From Mesorhizobium sp. WSM3859 (lineage in GTDB: Bacteria > Pseudomonadota > Alphaproteobacteria > Rhizobiales > Rhizobiaceae): a stretch of DNA of 64,000 nucleotides. This document shows positions 59,484 to 64,000 of the stretch, piece after piece (the stretch's first letter is position 1; each line of letters starts with the position of its first letter). The DNA lies in contig NZ_NSGG01000001.1 of NCBI RefSeq assembly GCF_002295065.1, positions 270,553 through 334,552 of the forward strand, given 5' to 3'. A program made the translations under genes and the position numbers. The notes under the pieces were generated by a model. That model had not been told where the DNA came from. It did not search any database and was given only the letters and a program-made list of their open reading frames with translations.

Positions 59484-60560
59484 ATGATCGTTTCTACCCT
59501 CTTCAGGCAATTGGCCATGGCTTGCGCCGGCCTGCTTTTCACAGCAAGCGCGGCGTTCGCGTGGCCGCTGATGACGGGCGACACACGGCGTTCAGAGTGC
59601 GTCGAGGCATTGGCGATAGCCTCGGCGCAATTCAAGTCCGACTCGTTCAGCATGAGAGCGCCCCTACCCATAGCGGCCGCCGCCATGTCCCGCTTGGTGC
59701 TCAGCATCGATCAGGAGGATATCGGGTCAGGCGACGCCCAGATCGCCGACTCCAATGTGTTCGGCAAAATGCCTTATCCTGGCGACCCCAACGTGCTGCG
59801 CAATCTGTACTGGCAAATCTCGCCGCGGAACGGCAAGCGACTGATCGTGGCCAAAAGAGCCTTCGGCTGGCATGGCGATCTCTATACCTATTATCTGGCC
59901 GATGCGTCTGTCCCCGTTGAAACCTTCTTGGTCGACCCCGAACAGGCACAGTCTTATGGCCTGCGGCCGGTCATCCAGGAAGCATGGCGGCCGCTGCAGC
60001 TGTTGCAGAATTCGGCATCGGGCCAACTCTGGGCAATCGACCAAAATGAGGAAAGGAGCTGGGATGTATACATCCTGGATGAGGCCGGGATGTCTACCCG
60101 TTGCCGCATCGCCTTCATGCCGGCAGTGACCCCGGCGGTCCAGCTGTTGCCGAAACCGGCGCAGCGCCTCGCGAGCCTGCTCGCCGGAACACTGGGACCT
60201 GGAAAGGATGAAGGCACGCTGCAGCCTACCGCGCGTATAAAATATCAGGTCGAACAAACATGGGCCAATGCAGCCATACGCCCATGGGCGTTGCAACGCG
60301 AGCTCTACAACTCACGCGCCGAAGTCGATGACGGGCTCAAGAAATGGGCAATGCAGGGTCCGGATTTCCGCAAAGCCTACCGCGCCATCCTCAGGCAGTA
60401 CCCGCGGGCCATTGCGTCGCTGGGGTCATACTACCGCTCGACATTTCACGTGTCGTCGCGAGCCGCGCGGACAATGGCTATACATTCAATGGACTATCTA
60501 TATCGCAGCTATTTTGTCTTCCGTCGCGAGCCGTCGGTTACCGTCCTCGGTTGGAATTGA
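59484..60560 (+). CDS. hypothetical secreted protein, ORFan (signal peptide MIVSTLFRQLAMACAGLLFTASAAFAWP)
   Basis: About 358 aa. It is divergent from the XRE regulator. GC is lower (about 58%) with atypical codon usage. No recognisable family. Confidence 0.5.
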   Translation: MIVSTLFRQLAMACAGLLFTASAAFAWPLMTGDTRRSECVEALAIASAQFKSDSFSMRAPLPIAAAAMSRLVLSIDQEDIGSGDAQIADSNVFGKMPYPGDPNVLRNLYWQISPRNGKRLIVAKRAFGWHGDLYTYYLADASVPVETFLVDPEQAQSYGLRPVIQEAWRPLQLLQNSASGQLWAIDQNEERSWDVYILDEAGMSTRCRIAFMPAVTPAVQLLPKPAQRLASLLAGTLGPGKDEGTLQPTARIKYQVEQTWANAAIRPWALQRELYNSRAEVDDGLKKWAMQGPDFRKAYRAILRQYPRAIASLGSYYRSTFHVSSRAARTMAIHSMDYLYRSYFVFRREPSVTVLGWN

Positions 60561-60736
60561 GGACCAGCGCTCAGATTCAAGAGCGCGAAATCGATCAATC
60601 GATCAGTTGAGACTCTCTCGCAAAACTGTCCCTCCGTCATGTCGCTTCCCTCGCCCTAGTGGTCGCCGCCTCCTCACCGGCTGCATGGCCGCCGGTCCAT
60701 TATGCCGGCCAAATACGGACCCTGACGAGGCATTTC

Positions 60737-62314
60737 ATGACCGCTGCCCTCCATCCTGTCGAACCGGCACCGGCTACCGATCGCACCCGCCGTGGCGGCC
60801 GCGCGGGCAAGCGCGCCGGCGGCGCGGCCGCTTTCGAGCAGCCCGCCTTTCGGCAGTTGAAGAACCCGCTGACGCCGACCAAGTTCGTCTCCGACGACGA
60901 GTTGGAATCGATCCACCTCGCCTCGCTGCGGGTGCTGAAGGAAATCGGCGTCGACGTTCTGCATGAGGAAGCCCGCCGCATCATGAAGACGCATGGCGCG
61001 GATGTGCGCGAAGGCTCGGAGCGCGTGCGCTTCGACAGCGACATGATCCTCGAGCTTGTCTCGCACTGCCCGTCGGAGTTCACGCTGCACGCCCGCAACC
61101 CGGCGCACAATCTGCGCTTCGGCGGCAACAACGTCATCCTGTCGATGATGGCCTCGGCGCCGAACTGCTCCGACCTCGACCGCGGCCGCCGGCCCGGCAA
61201 CCAGGCCGACTACCGCAACTTCCTGCGCCTGGCGCAGATGCACAACATCCTCAACTGCACCGGCGGCTATCCGGTCGAGCCGATCGACATCCACCCCTCG
61301 GTCCGCCACCTGGAGTGCATCCGCGACCTCGCCATGCTGACCGACAAGGTCTTCCACATCTATTCGCTCGGCAAGGAGCGCAATGTGGACGGCATCGAGA
61401 TCACCCGCATCGCCCGCGGCATCAGCCGCGAGCAGCTAATGCAGGAGCCCTCGGTCTTCACCATCATCAACACCAATTCGCCGCTCAAGCTGGACGTGCC
61501 GATGATGGAAGGCATCATCCAGATGGCAAGCATGGGCCAGGCCGTCATCGTCACGCCGTTCACGCTGTCGGGCGCCATGGCGCCGGTCACCGTCGCCGGC
61601 GCGCTGGTGCAGCAGAATGCCGAGGCACTTTCCGGCATCGCCTTCGCGCAGATGGTCAAGAAAGGCGCGCCGGTCGGCTATGGCGGCTTCACCTCCAATG
61701 TCGACATGAAGTCAGGCGCGCCCGCTTTCGGCACGCCCGAATATATGAAGGCCCAGCTCGTCGGCGGCCAGCTCGCCCGCCGCTACAACATCCCCTACCG
61801 CACCTCCAACACCTGCGCCGCCAACACGGTCGACGCACAGGCCGCCTATGAAAGCGTGTTCTCGCTCTGGGGCGCGATCCAGGGCGGCGGCAATCTCATG
61901 ATGCATGGCGCCGGCTGGCTGGAAGGTGGCCTGCGCTGCTCCTATGAAAAGACCATCCTCGACATCGACCTGTTGCAGATGGTGGCCGAGTACCTGACGC
62001 CTCTCGACCTCTCCGAGGACGCGCTCGGCTTCGACGCCATCCAGTCGGTCGGCCCGGGCGGCCATTTCTTCGGCACCCCGCACACGCAGGCGCGCTACAA
62101 GACCGCCTTCTACTCGCCGATCGTCTCCGACTGGCGCAACTTCGAGACCTGGACGGAGGCCGGCTCGCCGACGGCGATGGAGCGCACCAACAAAGTGTGG
62201 AAGGAGCGCCTTGCCTCTTATGAGGAGCCCTATATGGATCCGGCCATCCGCGAGGAACTCAACGACTTCGTCGAAAAGCGCCGCGCCGAGGGCGGCGCGC
62301 CGACGGATTTCTGA
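60737..62314 (+). CDS. trimethylamine methyltransferase (MttB) superfamily protein, non-pyrrolysine type (quaternary amine / glycine betaine-type methyltransferase)
   Basis: 525 aa of the MttB TIM-barrel family. No in-frame amber codon is needed. It sits next to a DMGDH-family gene. Confidence 0.75.
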   Translation: MTAALHPVEPAPATDRTRRGGRAGKRAGGAAAFEQPAFRQLKNPLTPTKFVSDDELESIHLASLRVLKEIGVDVLHEEARRIMKTHGADVREGSERVRFDSDMILELVSHCPSEFTLHARNPAHNLRFGGNNVILSMMASAPNCSDLDRGRRPGNQADYRNFLRLAQMHNILNCTGGYPVEPIDIHPSVRHLECIRDLAMLTDKVFHIYSLGKERNVDGIEITRIARGISREQLMQEPSVFTIINTNSPLKLDVPMMEGIIQMASMGQAVIVTPFTLSGAMAPVTVAGALVQQNAEALSGIAFAQMVKKGAPVGYGGFTSNVDMKSGAPAFGTPEYMKAQLVGGQLARRYNIPYRTSNTCAANTVDAQAAYESVFSLWGAIQGGGNLMMHGAGWLEGGLRCSYEKTILDIDLLQMVAEYLTPLDLSEDALGFDAIQSVGPGGHFFGTPHTQARYKTAFYSPIVSDWRNFETWTEAGSPTAMERTNKVWKERLASYEEPYMDPAIREELNDFVEKRRAEGGAPTDF

Positions 62315-62390
62315 TCTGCGGTCGGTCAGGCAACTGCCCGCCGCTCATCCTCATTTCTGACTCCACATTGCACAAGACGGACCTATCTGT

Positions 62391-64000
62391 ATGAAATCTC
62401 ATGTAAAAGCGGTTGTCATCGGCGGCGGTGTCGTCGGCTGCTCGGTGCTTTATCATCTGGCCAAGGCCGGCTGGACCGATATCATGCTGATCGAGCGCTC
62501 GGAGCTGACCTCCGGCTCGTCCTGGCATGCGGCGGGCGGCTTCCATACGCTGAACGGCGACCCAAACGTCGCCAAGCTGCAGGCCTACACGGTCCAGCTC
62601 TACAAGGAGATCGAGGAGCTATCCGGCCAGTCCTGCTCGCTGCATTTGACCGGCGGCGTCATGATGGCCGATACGCCGGAGCGCATGGACTTCCTGCGGC
62701 TGGCGCATGCCAAGGGCCGCTATCTCGGCATGGACACCGAACTGATCACGCCCTCGGAAGCCAAGGCGATGTTCCCGTTGATGGACGAGAAGAACTTCGT
62801 CGGCGCCATGTGGGATCCGGTCGAAGGCCATCTCGACCCTTCCGGCACCACCATCGCCTATTCCAAGGCCGCGAAAAAGCTCGGCGCCGAGATCGTGCTG
62901 CGCAACCGCGTCGTTGATCTCACACAGCAGCCGGACGGCACGTGGAACGTCGTCACCGAACAGGGCACGGTCCATGCCGAGCATGTCGTCAACTGCGGCG
63001 GCCTGTGGGCGCGCGAGATCGGCCGCATGGTCGGCGTCGAGCTGCCGGTGCTGGCGATGGAGCATATGTACCTCCTCACCGAGCCGATGCCGGAGGTCGA
63101 GGAATTCAACAAGTCGACCGGCCGCGAGATGATCGGCGTGCTCGACTTCAAGGGCGAGATCTACACCCGCCAGGAGCGCAACGGCATCCTGCTCGGCACC
63201 TATGAGAAGGCCTGCAAGCCGTGGTCCCCGGTCAACACGCCCTGGGATTTCGGCCATGAGCTTTTGCAGCCCGACATCGACCGCATCGCGCCGTCGCTGG
63301 AGATCGGCTTCAAGCATTTCCCCGGCATCGAGAAGGCTGGCATCAAGCAGATCATCAACGGCCCCTTCACCTTCGCGCTCGACGGCAATCCGCTGGTCGG
63401 CCCGGTGCAGGGCCTGACCAATTTCTGGTGCGCCTGCGCCGTCATGGCCGGCTTCAGCCAGGGCGGCGGCGTCGGCCTGGCGCTCTCCAACTGGATGGTG
63501 CATGGCGATCCGGGCTTCGACGTCTGGGGCATGGACGTCGCCCGCTTTGGCGAATGGGCGACGCTGCGCTACACCAACGCCAAGGTTCGCGAGAACTATT
63601 CGCGCCGCTTCTCGATCCGCTTCCCCAACGAGGAATTGCCGGCAGCGCGGCCGGCGCAGACGACGCCGCTCTACGACACCATGCTCGCCAACAACGCCGT
63701 CATGGGCGATTCATGGGGCCTGGAAACCCCGCTCTGGTTCGCGCCGAAGGGCACGGAACCGAAGGACATCGTATCCTTCCACCGGTCCAACGACTTCGGT
63801 CCGATCGGCGAGGAAGTGCGCGCCACGCGCGAGAAGGTCGGTGTCACCGAGATCGCCAACTTCGCCAAATACGAAGTGTCCGGACCGGGCGCCGAGGACT
63901 TCCTCAACCGGCTGATGACGAACCGCATGCCGAAGACCGGCCGCATCGTGCTGACCCCCATGGTCAACGAGTTCGGCAAGCTGATCGGCGACTTCACCAT
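62391..64000 (+). CDS. dimethylglycine/sarcosine dehydrogenase family protein (FAD oxidoreductase + folate-binding aminomethyltransferase-like domain), 3' partial
   Basis: A clean reading frame runs to the window end. The FAD motif is present (VVIGGGVVGCSVLYHLAKAGWTDIMLIERSELTSGSSWHAAGG), with a DAO domain followed by the start of the GcvT-like domain. The ORF track gives no stop because the gene is truncated by the window. Confidence 0.8.
   Translation, partial: MKSHVKAVVIGGGVVGCSVLYHLAKAGWTDIMLIERSELTSGSSWHAAGGFHTLNGDPNVAKLQAYTVQLYKEIEELSGQSCSLHLTGGVMMADTPERMDFLRLAHAKGRYLGMDTELITPSEAKAMFPLMDEKNFVGAMWDPVEGHLDPSGTTIAYSKAAKKLGAEIVLRNRVVDLTQQPDGTWNVVTEQGTVHAEHVVNCGGLWAREIGRMVGVELPVLAMEHMYLLTEPMPEVEEFNKSTGREMIGVLDFKGEIYTRQERNGILLGTYEKACKPWSPVNTPWDFGHELLQPDIDRIAPSLEIGFKHFPGIEKAGIKQIINGPFTFALDGNPLVGPVQGLTNFWCACAVMAGFSQGGGVGLALSNWMVHGDPGFDVWGMDVARFGEWATLRYTNAKVRENYSRRFSIRFPNEELPAARPAQTTPLYDTMLANNAVMGDSWGLETPLWFAPKGTEPKDIVSFHRSNDFGPIGEEVRATREKVGVTEIANFAKYEVSGPGAEDFLNRLMTNRMPKTGRIVLTPMVNEFGKLIGDFT

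Noticed and set aside
62619-63503. 294-aa minus-strand ORF
   Set aside because: It is antisense to the clean DMGDH-family reading frame, which continues to the window end.

Overview
This 64 kb window is high-GC (about 63-66%), gene-dense chromosomal DNA of a rhizobial alphaproteobacterium, most likely Mesorhizobium or a close relative, judging by the RirA, hmuPSTUV and acpXL/lpxXL genes. About 60 protein-coding genes and two adjacent tRNA-like genes can be supported. There are no rRNA genes, CRISPR arrays, transposases or integrases.

Identified modules, in order along the window:
- a homogentisate-type catabolic pair (fumarylacetoacetate-hydrolase family hydrolase and maleylacetoacetate isomerase), followed by an overlapping DUF4262 gene and a Zn-dependent alcohol dehydrogenase;
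- a MocR/GntR regulator divergent from a DMT (EamA-type) transporter, then a TetR regulator co-directional with a second DMT exporter;
- a phasin, a DUF445 protein and the iron regulator RirA;
- a complete heme uptake locus: hmuPSTUV on the minus strand, and a divergent TonB-dependent hemin receptor, an exported ORFan, TonB and an IsdG/HmuQ-like heme monooxygenase on the plus strand. TGA-N9-TCA (IRO-box-like) motifs sit in both the rirA and hmu promoter regions;
- putA with its divergent Lrp-type activator putR;
- a di-heme cytochrome c peroxidase with a FixH-like partner, a PfkB sugar kinase, an aldose 1-epimerase, gabD, an auxin-efflux-carrier (AEC) family transporter and a secreted histidine phosphatase;
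- two tandem tRNA-like genes, then an SPFH/band-7 protein;
- the rhizobial lipid A very-long-chain fatty acid cluster acpXL-fabF2XL-fabF1XL-adhA2XL-lpxXL, apparently without fabZXL;
- an L,D-transpeptidase, an M20 deacylase and a Dpp/Opp-type ABC transporter (binding protein, two permeases, fused ATPase);
- TerB-like, TauE/SafE, AraC and VOC genes;
- cobQ with an overlapping cupin gene;
- valine catabolism genes (acyl-CoA dehydrogenase, mmsB and an omega-aminotransferase);
- a prolyl oligopeptidase, an MFS transporter, an XRE regulator divergent from a secreted ORFan, and a non-pyrrolysine MttB-family methyltransferase next to a dimethylglycine/sarcosine-dehydrogenase-family gene (partial at the window end).

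Features worth a second look:
- a four-helix-bundle (Avd / 23S rRNA IVS-protein family) gene cassette bounded by inverted tandem heptamer arrays (GGCAGTA)n ... (CTACTGC)n, inserted between the acyl-CoA dehydrogenase gene and mmsB;
- two long imperfect palindromic RIME/MITE-like elements;
- lower-GC ORFan insertions at about 2.8-3.5 kb, 1.2-1.7 kb, 46.1-46.3 kb and 59.3-60.6 kb;
- two tRNA-like genes whose anticodon loop and acceptor stem look non-canonical on manual folding.

I cannot prove a novel multi-gene system from sequence alone. The best candidates are the repeat-flanked four-helix-bundle cassette and the XRE regulator / secreted ORFan module.
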